Both the position numbers and the translations under genes were made by a program. From NCBI GenBank assembly GCA_964016885.1, contig OZ024750.1, positions 27,838,001 to 27,902,000 on the forward strand: a stretch of 64,000 bases of DNA, written 5' to 3'. The notes beneath the pieces are model-generated. The model did no database searches. It was not told where the DNA came from and saw only the letters and a program-made list of their open reading frames with translations. Shown piece by piece: positions 15,994 through 28,605 of this stretch. The DNA comes from Eledone cirrhosa. Lineage: Eukaryota. How positions within the stretch are numbered: position 1 is the stretch's first letter; each line of letters begins with the position of its first letter.

Positions 15994-17121
15994 ATATCCA
16001 GTGCTTTTATCGAGAATGACACAGCTAGAGACTTATAGAATACTTAGCTGTGTACAGGAACTGGTTTGAAAGAGCGGTTGCCGGTCCGGCAGAAATTAGA
16101 AATTGGAATAAATGCTCTGAAATAGCGATATATATGTGAATATAGACATAGAATATTCGAAAATATTCTGTATGTTTATAATAAACATTTTGAAGACCTA
16201 ATCGCTATAGAATAGAATACGTCACGTATTACAATTAGATTCTCGATAAAAGCAAGGGAAGTAATCTACGCGTTTCATTCTTGTTAGAATTCATCAGGAC
16301 TACATATCCAGTGCTTTTATCGAGAATGACACAGCTAGAGACTTATAGAATACTTAGCTGTGTACAGGAACTGGTTTGAAAGAGCGGTTGCCGGTCCGGC
16401 AGAAATTAGAAATTGGAATAAATGCTCTGAAATAGCGATATATATGTGAATATAGACATAGAATATTCGAAAATATTCTGTATGTTTATAATAAACATTT
16501 TGAAGACCTAATCGCTATAGAATAGAATACGTCACGTATTACAATTAGATTCTCGATAAAAGCAAGGGAAGTAATCTACGCGTTTCATTCTTGTTAGAAT
16601 TCATCAGGACTACATATCCAGTGCTTTTATCGAGAATGACACAGCTAGAGACTTATAGAATACTTAGCTGTGTACAGGAACTGGTTTGAAAGAGCGGTTG
16701 CCGGTCCGGCAGAAATTAGAAATTGGAATAAATGCTCTGAAATAGCGATATATATGTGAATATAGACATAGAATATTCGAAAATATTCTGTATGTTTATA
16801 ATAAACATTTTGAAGACCTAATCGCTATAGAATAGAATACGTCACGTATTACAATTAGATTCTCGATAAAAGCAAGGGAAGTAATCTACGCGTTTCATTC
16901 TATTCTATAGCGATTAGGTCTTCAAAATGTTTATTATAAACATACAGAATATTTTCGAATATTCTATGTCTATATTCACATATATATCGCTATTTCAGAG
17001 CATTTATTCCAATTTCTAATTTCTGCCGGACCGGCAACCGCTCTTTCAAACCAGTTCCTGTACACAGCTAAGTATTCTATAAGTCTCTAGCTGTGTCATT
17101 CTCGATAAAAGCACTGGATAT

Positions 17122-17164
17122 GTAGTCCTGATGAATTCTAACAAGAATGAAACGCGTAGATTAC
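17122..17164 (+). ncRNA. Type I minimal hammerhead ribozyme (also 17432-17474, 17742-17784, 18052-18094, 18362-18404)
   Basis: Helix I gtagtc/gattac (one GU pair), intact core CUGAUGA, helix II attct/agaat with loop aaca, GAAA, palindromic helix III CGCG, GUA triplet. Predicted cleavage between 17158 and 17159. Confidence 0.88.
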
Positions 17165-18664
17165 TTCCCTTGCTTTTATCGAGAATCTAATTGTAATACG
17201 TGACGTATTCTATTCTATAGCGATTAGGTCTTCAAAATGTTTATTATAAACATACAGAATATTTTCGAATATTCTATGTCTATATTCACATATATATCGC
17301 TATTTCAGAGCATTTATTCCAATTTCTAATTTCTGCCGGACCGGCAACCGCTCTTTCAAACCAGTTCCTGTACACAGCTAAGTATTCTATAAGTCTCTAG
17401 CTGTGTCATTCTCGATAAAAGCACTGGATATGTAGTCCTGATGAATTCTAACAAGAATGAAACGCGTAGATTACTTCCCTTGCTTTTATCGAGAATCTAA
17501 TTGTAATACGTGACGTATTCTATTCTATAGCGATTAGGTCTTCAAAATGTTTATTATAAACATACAGAATATTTTCGAATATTCTATGTCTATATTCACA
17601 TATATATCGCTATTTCAGAGCATTTATTCCAATTTCTAATTTCTGCCGGACCGGCAACCGCTCTTTCAAACCAGTTCCTGTACACAGCTAAGTATTCTAT
17701 AAGTCTCTAGCTGTGTCATTCTCGATAAAAGCACTGGATATGTAGTCCTGATGAATTCTAACAAGAATGAAACGCGTAGATTACTTCCCTTGCTTTTATC
17801 GAGAATCTAATTGTAATACGTGACGTATTCTATTCTATAGCGATTAGGTCTTCAAAATGTTTATTATAAACATACAGAATATTTTCGAATATTCTATGTC
17901 TATATTCACATATATATCGCTATTTCAGAGCATTTATTCCAATTTCTAATTTCTGCCGGACCGGCAACCGCTCTTTCAAACCAGTTCCTGTACACAGCTA
18001 AGTATTCTATAAGTCTCTAGCTGTGTCATTCTCGATAAAAGCACTGGATATGTAGTCCTGATGAATTCTAACAAGAATGAAACGCGTAGATTACTTCCCT
18101 TGCTTTTATCGAGAATCTAATTGTAATACGTGACGTATTCTATTCTATAGCGATTAGGTCTTCAAAATGTTTATTATAAACATACAGAATATTTTCGAAT
18201 ATTCTATGTCTATATTCACATATATATCGCTATTTCAGAGCATTTATTCCAATTTCTAATTTCTGCCGGACCGGCAACCGCTCTTTCAAACCAGTTCCTG
18301 TACACAGCTAAGTATTCTATAAGTCTCTAGCTGTGTCATTCTCGATAAAAGCACTGGATATGTAGTCCTGATGAATTCTAACAAGAATGAAACGCGTAGA
18401 TTACTTCCCTTGCTTTTATCGAGAATCTAATTGTAATACGTGACGTATTCTATTCTATAGCGATTAGGTCTTCAAAATGTTTATTATAAACATACAGAAT
18501 ATTTTCGAATATTCTATGTCTATATTCACATATATATCGCTATTTCAGAGCATTTATTCCAATTTATATATATATATATATATATATATAAATGTATACA
18601 TACATATATATGTATGTATACATATGTATATATATATATATATGTATATATATATACATATATA

Positions 18665-18742
<78 letters not shown>

Positions 18743-18796
18743 TATATGTGTGTGTGTGTATATATATATGTGTGTGTGTGTATATATATATATGTG

Positions 18797-18856
<60 letters not shown>

Positions 18857-18929
18857 CATTTATATATGTATGTATACATATATATGTATGCATATATATA
18901 TATATGTATATATATATACACACATACGT

Positions 18930-18970
<41 letters not shown>

Positions 18971-19684
18971 TGTATGTATGTATGTATTGTGATCCTATCA
19001 ATTTTATTTTTTTATTAAGCTGTCCATGGTTGAGAAAATATAAAGAAGACGTCATGCAGTAAATGATAAGATTGTTAATTATGCGATCTAACCACTTTTC
19101 TCATCCCTCACATCAGCAAATTGAAAATCCAAAGGAAAGCTATATACGTATATCATATCACTTGGAATAGATAATATCTAGCTGTCGCCAAAATCTATCT
19201 GGCAGTCATTGTTCTCTCCGCCTTGGAAAAAGTCTTTCACCGAGTTGCTATTCACACGTATAGCTGGAAGTGCCTTCTTCCTTGTATTCACTAATTAGGG
19301 AGGTTAGACTTGATGGAGGTGGTGGGGTGGTGGGGCAAGAAAGGATTGCTTGAGGGGTAGATGAGTGGGTAGATGGACAGTAAAAATAATGAGATAGATA
19401 GAAACAAATATAGTCTGTTTAAATTTACATATAATGGCTAAGTCTACGAGAATATATCAGAATTGTCTAATGAACAGAAAATACTATATGTACATCGTAA
19501 GATCTCAAAATCAGCACAAGAACCCCGGCTTATTTATGTTATAACTTGTTGAATCTATAGTAAGTTATGCTAACAAGTTGCAACCATAAAGATTACTTTC
19601 ATCGTTTGACACCTGGATCTATATTTATATATAATCTTATTATATATTTTAAAGCAATAATTGTACGAACCATATAGAAATAAT

Positions 19685-19882
19685 TGTTTCTACGTTTTGG
19701 CACAAGGCCAGCAATTATTCCAGTGTATTACTGGTACTTTATTTTATCGACCCCGTAAGGATGAAAGGCAAAGTTAACCTCGGCGGGATTTGAACTCAGA
19801 CCATAAAGGGACGTAACTATGCTGCAAAGCATATAGAAATAATTGTTTCTACTTTTGGCACAAGGCCAGCAATTACCCAGTG
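19685..19882 (-). mobile_element. Two 5'-truncated SINE-A copies sharing one target site (three copies of the TSD)
   Basis: catatagaaataat at 19671-19684, 19830-19843 and 19883-19896. Confidence 0.85.
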
Positions 19883-19945
19883 CATATAGAAATAATGTGT
19901 AAACATAAGAGGTGGATCCAATTGATATCAGTGGAGTGTTGTTAC

Positions 19946-20414
19946 CAGAGGAGTAACTAGGGTATGGCAAGCATGACACGTGCCATAGGCGTCACATGGA
20001 GAGGGCGCCACTTGGACTAGGATCTAATCTAATCTAATATGGCCAAGTTTACACTCGTAAATAAGAAGAACCAGGGCCGCCCCTAGGAGCATTGGATTTG
20101 GTGTACTTCATATTTGTTTCGGTTGCTGAATACAATCAGGGGTCGCTGCTTTTCCTGAAGGTCAATGGTTCTTTTCTAACTCGAGCAGGGGCGCCTTTCC
20201 ATTGTCAATCTACAAAGCCTCGTCGGAGAGGGGGAAAAAAAAACTCCTTCAGATGTATGATCTGTCTCTGATTATCATGGGTGAGAACATTATGGTGGCT
20301 GGATCATTAAACCTTTTATATAAATTATTAGGCCCATAGGTAAAAATACAGTGTTGGCCATGGGCGCAATTTCACTGCTTACCATAGGCACTATTTTCCC
20401 TAGATATACCTCTG
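19946..20414. mobile_element. Non-autonomous hAT-type DNA transposon (MITE)
   Basis: Imperfect TIRs CAGAGGAGTAACTAGGG / CCCTAGATATACCTCTG; 8 bp TSD gttgttac / tttgttac. Confidence 0.75.
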
Positions 20415-20758
20415 TTTGTTACCTTTATATTAACACGGAGAAATCATAACAACCACACAGGTGTTGTATGAAGCAGGTAGAGGAAGAGAGGAAAATGAAA
20501 TGATTATCTCACACATTTCTATATTTTTCAGCTACAATTTCAATAATTTTACATTTGTAATTTTATTTCAATAATTATATATCTAAAAGAAATCATTCAG
20601 CAATAATTTTATCGGTATAGTACAGGACATTGATATCATGTCTCAAAGAAAAAGACAAGAATAAAACGAGCTAATGCTGGTGCCTTTTAAGCAGCCACTC
20701 ATCCCGCTAGAAAATGCAGTCAAATCATCAAACCTTAATCTAGTTTTGATAAAATATT

Positions 20759-20941
20759 TGTTTCTACTTTAGGCACAAGGCCAGCAATTACCCAGTGCAT
20801 TACTGGTACTTTATTTTATCGACCCCGTAAGGATGAAAGGCAAAGTCAACCTCGGCGGGATTTGAACTCAGATCGTAAAGGGACGTAACTATGCTGGAAA
20901 GCATGGCGTTCGACCTTCTACCGATACTGCCAATCCACCGC
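20759..20941 (-). mobile_element. SINE-A short form, full length, 19 bp TSD
   Basis: ctagttttgataaaatatt at 20740-20758 and 20942-20960. Confidence 0.95.
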
Positions 20942-20976
20942 CTAGTTTTGATAAAATATTAATAGTGAAATAGTAA

Positions 20977-21292
20977 AGGCGCATCGCTTAATGGTTAGGG
21001 CGTTGTAATTTCAATTCTCAGACCGAGTGATGAGTTCTATCCCTGAGCAAGTCACTTTACTTCACGTTGCTCCAGTTCACTCAGCTGTAGAAATGAGTTG
21101 CGACGTCACTGGTGCCAAGCTGTATCGGCCATTGCCTTTCCCTTGGACAACATCGGTGGCCTGGAGACGGAAGACTGGTATGCATGGGCAACTACTGGTC
21201 TTCCACAAACAAACCTTGCCCAGGCTTGTGCCTCGGAGGGAAAATGTTCTAGGTGCAAAACCATGGTCATTAGTGACCGATGGGGGTCTTAA
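20977..21292 (+). mobile_element. CORE-type SINE with a distinct 3' tail
   Basis: Degenerate tRNA head, then CCCTGAGCAAGTCACTTTACTTCACGTTGCTCCAGTTCACTCAGCTGTAGAAATGAGT (CORE-like). Confidence 0.7.
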
Positions 21293-21334
21293 AATTGAGA
21301 AATGTAGTTCTCGATAGTATGTTTTTGAAACTAT

Positions 21335-21521
21335 GGTGGTGGATTGGCAGTATCGGTAGAGGGTCAGACGTCATGCTTTCCAGCATAGTTACGGCCCTTT
21401 ACGATCTGAGTTCAAATCCCGCCGAGGTTGACTTTGCCTTTCATCCTTACGGGGTCGATAAAATAAAGTACCAGTAATGCACTGGTTAATTGCTGGCCTT
21501 GTGCCTAAAGTAGAAACAAAT
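21335..21521 (+). mobile_element. SINE-A short form with TSD ttttgaaactatg
   Basis: Consensus match and flanking direct repeat. Confidence 0.92.
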
Positions 21522-22058
21522 ATTTTGAAACTATGAAGAGGGAATGATCACTCCTAAAACACGTTTTTTTAATATTTCTTTGATATCTTTCATTATAAAC
21601 GTTTAATGTTGAAAAAAAAAATGTTTACAACAAATGTGAATGACTTTACTGTTGTACCTTTAATCTTGTACCTGTTTTTAAGAGTTTAAAATTGGTCATC
21701 TCTTTGCATACAATAATATTTAAAATTAAAAAAAAAAAGAATATTTATGATTTTAAAAATTATATTTACTTTAAAAAATAAAATTTACAATTAAGATCTT
21801 GCAGCTAGGCATACTTTTATACTTTTTCAATCAAAGTAATTTCATACTTTCTTTTTTCCATTAATATAAAATATCAATTCAATTTAGATCAAAAATATGA
21901 ATTTTTCGGTTCTGAATTTTATTATTCTTTAATAAAACATTGATAAGGAAAGCAAAACAAGTTCCATGAAGTCCGGCGGTGGGGTGAAATGAAGCACCAG
22001 GCTAGGCTTAGTCTGTCGGTCCTACTTTGATGACCCCTGACCTAGAGCATCAACATTG

Positions 22059-22124
<66 letters not shown>

Positions 22125-22146
22125 TCATACACACACACACATTCAT

Positions 22147-22182
<36 letters not shown>

Positions 22183-22599
22183 ATACACACACAGACAGAC
22201 AGACACACACACACAAATAAACTGACTCCTGACCTGGAGTATCAATATTGACACATATACATACACACACGCATATATACATATACATACAGACACTTAC
22301 ACAGACGCACACATATACACACACATATACACACACATATACACACACACATTCCTATACACAGACATACTCACATACGTGTATACACACAAACACACAC
22401 ATACATATACGCCCCCTCCCTACTGTGAAACAGACTTTTGGGGTCTTGACACACAGACACGTGCACACAGCCAGTCAACGAAGAAGCTTCTGTGTTGTTG
22501 CTCGACCTGTTAGAAATAGTAGCCAAATTTCACTAATATTAACCTCACTCTCTTTAAATAAATAAAATAATCAACGATACTATAATTATAGAGAAAATG

Positions 22600-22925
22600 T
22601 ATCTTCTTCTTCTTCTTCTTCTTCTTCTTCTTCTTCTTCTTCTTGAGAGGGTCTTGGGGGCAGAGTCCTCAAACACTCCCTCCAGCGGGTCATGTCAGAA
22701 GCAACAGTCTCCAACTGATCTGGATGGATCCCCAAGTGTGACCAGCCAAGCTCATGGATGTTATCAAACCAACTTGCTCGAGGTCTTCGCCGGGGTCTCG
22801 TGCCGGTTGGTTTTGCCCGTAAATGTAGCTGAGATAAAGCTGTTGGGACGGTCACGCCTGGAATGTCCTTGATCATAGGAATGCTAGATGAAGGGTGGGC
22901 TGAGCTTAAACAACAACAGCCCATG
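22600..22925 (-). mobile_element. 3' end of an RTE-clade LINE with a (GAA)n tail
   Basis: Minus frame AKPTGTRPRRRPRASWFDNIHELGWSHLG...RWRECL, matching the RTE C-terminal G-RPRGRP-W-D motif. Homologue at 58220-58420. Confidence 0.75.
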
Positions 22926-23329
22926 TATTTCAATATAAAAACATATATACACACACACACACACACACACTCGTACGAGCGTGCGCAGCTTCAAGTACAA
23001 TATATCAGATTTCGTCACTTTTTTTCTTTCCGCACATATACATACATACACACATACATACATGTATACATACACGCATACATACATGCATACATACACA
23101 CATACATACATGCATACATACATGCATACATGCATACATACATACATGCATACATGCATGCATACATACATGCATACATGCATACATGGATGCATACATA
23201 CATACATACATACATACATACATGCATACATACACACATACATACATGCATAGATACACACATACATACATGCATACATGCATGCATACATACATACATA
23301 CATGCATACATGCATACATACGTACATAA

Positions 23330-23618
23330 ACTGGCACTCCGTTGGTTACGACGACGGGTGATTTGGTCAACGGAACATCCTGCACGTGAAATTAACGTGC
23401 AAGGGCCAGAGCATTCCGCAGACACGTGTATCCTTAACGTAGTTCTCCGGGAGATTCAGTTTGAGACAGAATGTCAAAAGGCTGGCCCTTCATTTTTGCC
23501 AGCTGAGTGAACTGGAGCAGCGTGAAATAAAGTGTCTTGCTCAAGGCCACCACACTCCACCGGGAATCAAATTCAAGACCTTACAATTGTGAGATTAGTA
23601 CCCTAACCTTAATGCCAC
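23330..23618 (-). mobile_element. CORE-type SINE (resembles octopus OR-family SINEs)
   Basis: Reverse complement has a tRNA-like head, CCTTGAGCAAGACACTTTATTTCACGCTGCTCCAGTTCACTCAGCTGGCAAAAATG, and a tail shared with 27856-28030 and 62060-62200. Confidence 0.75.
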
Positions 23619-24070
23619 GATACATACACACATACACACGCACAAACATACATACATACACACATACATATACACACACAAACATACATACATACATGCA
23701 TGCATACATGCATGCATACATACAAACATACAAACAAACATGCATACATAAACACATCGATTCCAGTGTTCTGATATATATGAGTCCCAGTGTACATACA
23801 TACATACATACATACATACATACATACATACATACATACGTACACAAACACGCTCATGCGTTTATATATACATACACTTGCACGAACGAATGCAGTTTTA
23901 AGCAAAATATACTTACAGAAGCGCGTGTTTCTACGCACGTACGCACATATACAAACACACACACATACACGCGCACGCACACACGCACACGCACACACGC
24001 ACGCACACACGCACGCACACACGCACGCACACACGCACGCACACACGTATGTACGCAAGTGTAAGAATCC

Positions 24071-24105
<35 letters not shown>

Positions 24106-24309
24106 CACTGTAGTAGCCAGCTAGCACGAAACACTGGCAACGTATTTGGCAGCTGTGCTGAGTTATTCGAAGAATTTAGACCAAATTGAATATAATACTT
24201 CAACAGGCATCTGGAATGATCTAATAGTCAAATTTTAATAGCGTCAGATTTTGATGAAGTGGGGCACGGGGGGAGGAGGGAATTGGTAGGTGGTGGACTA
24301 GCATAGTTT

Positions 24310-25307
24310 TAAAGTGACAGAGAGAGAGAGAGAGAGAGAGGGGGGGGCAGAGAAAGAGGGGGTAAGAGAAAGAGAGAGAGGGTAAGAGAAAGAAAGAGAG
24401 AGAGAGTAAGAGAAAGAGAGAGGGGGGTGAGAGAAAGAGGGGGTAAGAGAAAGAGAGAGAGGGTAAGAGAAAGAAAGAGAGAGGGGGGTAAGAGAAAGAG
24501 AGAGAGAGGGTAAGAGAAAGAAAGAGAGAGCAAGAGAAAGAGAGAAAGAGAGAGAGTGGGGGTCCAGAGAAAATATGTGTGTATGTTTACGTACTTGTGC
24601 ATCTGTGCGTATTGTTTGTGTGTGTCTGTATTTTTAGTGTTTATGTGTATGTTTACGTGTGTGTGTGTGTATATTCAGTTTGTATGTCTATATTTACGCG
24701 TGTGTATGTGTGTGTATGTATATATTCAGTGTGTATGTCTATATGTACGCGCGCGCGCGTTTATGTGTGTGTGTGTTTACGTGTGTATGTGTGTGTATGT
24801 GTACATTCAGTGTGTATGTCTATATTTACGCGCGTGTGAGTGTGTGTGTGTGTATTTAGTGTGTATGTGTATATTTACGTGTGTGTGTACTAGGTGTATA
24901 TGTGTATGTTTACGTGTGTGTGTACTTAGTATGTATGTCTATATTTACGTGTGTTTTGTAGTTAGTGTGTATGTGTATATTTACGTGTGTGTGTGTGTAT
25001 TTAGTGTGTATGTGTATGTTTACGTGTGTATATATATGTGTGTGTGTGTGTATTTAGTGTGTATGTGTATGTTTACGTGTGTACGTGTATGTGTGTATGT
25101 GTATTTAGTGTATATGTCTATATTTACGTGTGTGTGTGTGTGTGTGTATTTAGTGTGTATGTGTACGTTTACGTGTGTGTGTATGTATGTATATATTTAG
25201 TGTGTATCTATGCTTACGTGTGTGTGTGTGTGTGTGTGTATTTAGTGTGTATATATACGCTTACGTATGTGTGTGTGTATGTATATATTTAGTGTGTATC
25301 TATGCTT

Positions 25308-25365
<58 letters not shown>

Positions 25366-25450
25366 TTAGTGTGTATGTGTACGTTTACGTGTGTGTGTAT
25401 GTAATATATTTAGTGTGTATCTATGCTTACGTGTGTGTGTGTGTGTGTGG
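24310..25450. repeat. (GA)-rich minisatellite followed by degenerate (GT)-derived minisatellite
   Basis: Recurring gggtaagagaaag and tatttagtgtgtatgt...ttacgtgtg motifs. Confidence 0.85.
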
Positions 25451-25604
25451 GAGAGGAGTTGAGATATAATGAGGGATAGTGTGTAACATTGAAATGTAGA
25501 ATTTATTAATAACAATGTCTGCCAACGTAAGTACAAGGTCAGAAGGATTTTTGTTTTTTCTTATTTTCTTCTGTTTTTTTTAATTATTATTATTAGATCG
25601 CTCA

Positions 25605-25935
25605 AGGGCGGTGGGTTGGCAGTGTCGGTAGAGGGCCGGACGCCATGCTTTGCAGCATAGAGTTACGGCCCTTTATGATCTGAGTTCAAATCCCGCCAGG
25701 GTTAACTTTGCCTTTCATCCTTACGGGGGTCGATATGTCGGTAGCGGGTCGGACGCCATGCTTTGCAGCATAGAGTTACGGTCCTTTATGATCTGAGTTC
25801 AAATCCCGCCGAGGTTAACTTTGCCTTTCATCCTTACGGAGGTCGATAAAATAAAGTACCAGTCACGCACTGGGGTCGATTTAATCGACTTTCCCCTCCG
25901 CCAAAATTGCTGGCCTTGTGCCTATATAAGAAACT
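25605..25935 (+). mobile_element. SINE-A long form with duplicated 5' half; TSD ttattagatcgctcaa
   Basis: Head, B-box and core occur twice; 16 bp direct repeat on both sides. Confidence 0.9.
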
Positions 25936-26352
25936 ATTATTAGATCGCTCAAACCACATGATCGTTATTGCTTTTATAGACCCAGAAACCAGTATAATCA
26001 CCGGCTTGATGAGCCCCCGGGCTCGAGTAAGATTTTAGACTTTCTTAAAACCCAGAATGATGAAGGGCAACGTCTACCCCTGTTATGGGCAACTGTGGCC
26101 CGCGAGCCACATGTGGCCCCTTCGGCTTTCTGAATGGCACGCCCAATTTCATAATTGCCTTTAATTTTTTTTATCTTATGTGGCCCACTGCTTGAAGAAT
26201 GCCTGATCTATCTCGCCAGGATTTGATCACAGGCAATAAATGGCCAAAACTGATTGCCGCATGCTATTTTATCCAACGCTCTAGTGATTCCGCTATCCAC
26301 CATCCAGGGGGATTGGCAGTCCCGGTAGAGAGTCAGACAAAATACTTTACGG

Positions 26353-26670
26353 CAGGGGTTTGCAACATATTCCATTAGCGAGCCACTTTTGAACATTGGA
26401 ACAACTATTAGGGCCATTCACTGTCAAAAATATGTAATCTAATGAAAACCACAACCTCTTTCCATAACATGGAACTGGGAAATTATAACACACATAACCC
26501 TATCAGTGAAGTCCTTTAGTATAGATCAACTAACAGAAAATTGTATTACGGTTACGAAAAACATTTTAAATAAGCCTACAAGGTAAAAATTAAAAACGGT
26601 TATCGCGGGCCACTTTGACTGGTCTGGAGGGCCGGGTTATTGCCCGCGGGCCACCTGTTGCACGCTCCTG
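26353..26670. mobile_element. hAT (Charlie-like) MITE nested in an old SINE-A (about 26306-26850)
   Basis: TIRs CAGGGGTTTGCAAC / GTTGCACGCTCCTG; degenerate 8 bp TSD ctttacgg / cttaacag; homologous to 55300-55618. Confidence 0.8.
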
Positions 26671-27059
26671 CTTAACAGCATATAGTTATGGCCTTTTAAG
26701 TTTAGAACTGAAATCCCTTGGAGGTTAACTTAACCTTTCATCCTTCACCCTCCTTACGATACAATAAGCAGCAGTAACGGACTAGGGTCTGTTTAATAGA
26801 CTTTCGCCTTCCCTTGAAATTGCTGACATCATGCCAAATATAAAAATAAATATTGATAATAACAATAAAGATATTTAACTGAGGCCTGACACCACATAAT
26901 TCCAGGAAAATGTGGAGAAAAGAAAGATGATCTCTTCACAGTTTTTCAGAAGTAGAAGAGATAAAGGACAGCAAATGACAGCTGGCTTTGGTTAGAGAAA
27001 GAAGTGTTGAAGAAATATACTGAGGCTTTATCTTAACAGCACAGGAACAAGCTCTAACG

Positions 27060-27660
27060 GCAATATGGACCAAAAGAATGATAGATATGCAGAACTGTTG
27101 TGTCAAATATAGTATCAGCAACGAAACCGATGTGACTAGATCTCACATAGATTTGGGATGTTGGCATGTGGCCTAAAATAAGTACAAACAATGCAGGCAC
27201 GATAAAATTGCTGCAATAATTCACCGGATTGTTTACAAGGGATTTGGTTTTACATGCACAGAAAAGGGCTCTGACCATTTTGTCGGAGCAAAAGAGGAAG
27301 TCCTTGAAATCGATTAATTATGACTTTTCTATACCAACCGAAAAAAGAATGGAACACAGCAATTTGGATATTGTGGTTGTCGATGAGATAAAGTAAATCT
27401 GGTAATGGATGAGGCACGCCCATTTGATAACAAGGAAAAAGAAATTGAAAAAGGAGAATATATTACAGACTTCAAGTATGAAATCCCGAAATAGAACAAA
27501 GAAATTGACATGGTCATGATCCTCCTAATTATTTTTAGGGGTTTGGAAACCGTGACGAAGAATTTCATAGTAAACCCTTGAAAGCTATATTTTAATCTGG
27601 AAACGGCTATATTGCCTCAATGATTATTCAGAAAGGCCTCGATCCAAAGTAAGGTCAGAT
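27060..27660 (+). pseudogene. Decayed C-terminus (zinc-knuckle region and restriction-like endonuclease) of an R4/Dong-like non-LTR element
   Basis: Translates across frameshifts GCWHVA*NKYKQCRHDKIAAIIHR, LDIVVVD, VMDEARPFD, KEIEK and DFKYEI, i.e. RHD and PD-D-K type motifs. Confidence 0.7.
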
Positions 27661-27855
27661 GAGACCTACATGAACGATCCATAGTGGGAGAAGAAACAAG
27701 AATACTTTTCATTGTAGACTACATGTTTTAGTCCGATAGAAAACGTAAATAAGACTGCTACAACATGAATACCATGTAGCAATAGTAATAACCATGTTGT
27801 TTATTACCACCATGTTACTCAAGAGTAGTAAGGTGTGAGGCAATGTAAAGATAAT

Positions 27856-28030
27856 ACTGGCACTCCGTCGGTTACGACGACGAGTGTTCCAGTTGTTCCG
27901 GTTAACGGAACAGCCTGCTCGTGAAATTAACGTACAAGTAGCTGAGCATTCCACAGTCACGCGTACCATTAATGTAGTTCTCAGGGAGATTCACCGTGAC
28001 ACAGAATGTGACAAGGCTGGTCCTTCGAAT
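27856..28030 (-). mobile_element. 3' tail of the CORE-type SINE family at 23330
   Basis: Near-identical actggcactccgtcggttacgacgacg...caaggctgg. Confidence 0.8.
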
Positions 28031-28261
28031 AGGGCGAGAAATAAAATTCTAATTTTATTTTTAATATTCGGCAAGGCCAGCAGTAACTCGCTCAGTATGC
28101 AAATGAGGCTACTCAGCCGATGTGTACAGACTGACAGAGATATACAGTCCTAATGAAGGGTAATGAACAAGAAACATGTTGATTGTTCCCCAAAGCCAGT
28201 GTTGAACAAACAGGTAACGATCGGTCACCGGCACGGCAGAGCTTCTAATTGGGCCGTTTGT

Positions 28262-28450
28262 GAATTGGGCGGTATCGGTAGAGGGTCGGACGCCATGCTT
28301 TGACGCATAGAGTTACGGCCCTTGCTATTCTGAGTTCAAATCTCGCCGAGGTTAACTTTACATTTCATCCTTACGGTGTCAATAAAATAAAGTACCAGTA
28401 ATACACTGGGTAATTGCTGGCCTTATGCCAAAAGTAGAAACAATTATTAT
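28262..28450 (+). mobile_element. SINE-A short form
   Basis: Consensus match. Confidence 0.9.
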
Positions 28451-28489
28451 TGAGGTTCGATATAACCCATACGTACATATGTATATATG

Positions 28490-28605
<116 letters not shown>

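Larger units (their letters stand above)
15828..18565. mobile_element. Retrozyme-like or Penelope pLTR-derived 310 bp tandem array in two inverted arms (about 3.5 units, then about 5.4 units), inside (TA)n
   Basis: gaatattcga recurs at 15841, 16151, 16461 and 16771 (period 310). The strand switches at 16897-16901 and the reverse-complement units continue to 18565. No differences between units seen by eye. Confidence 0.9.
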
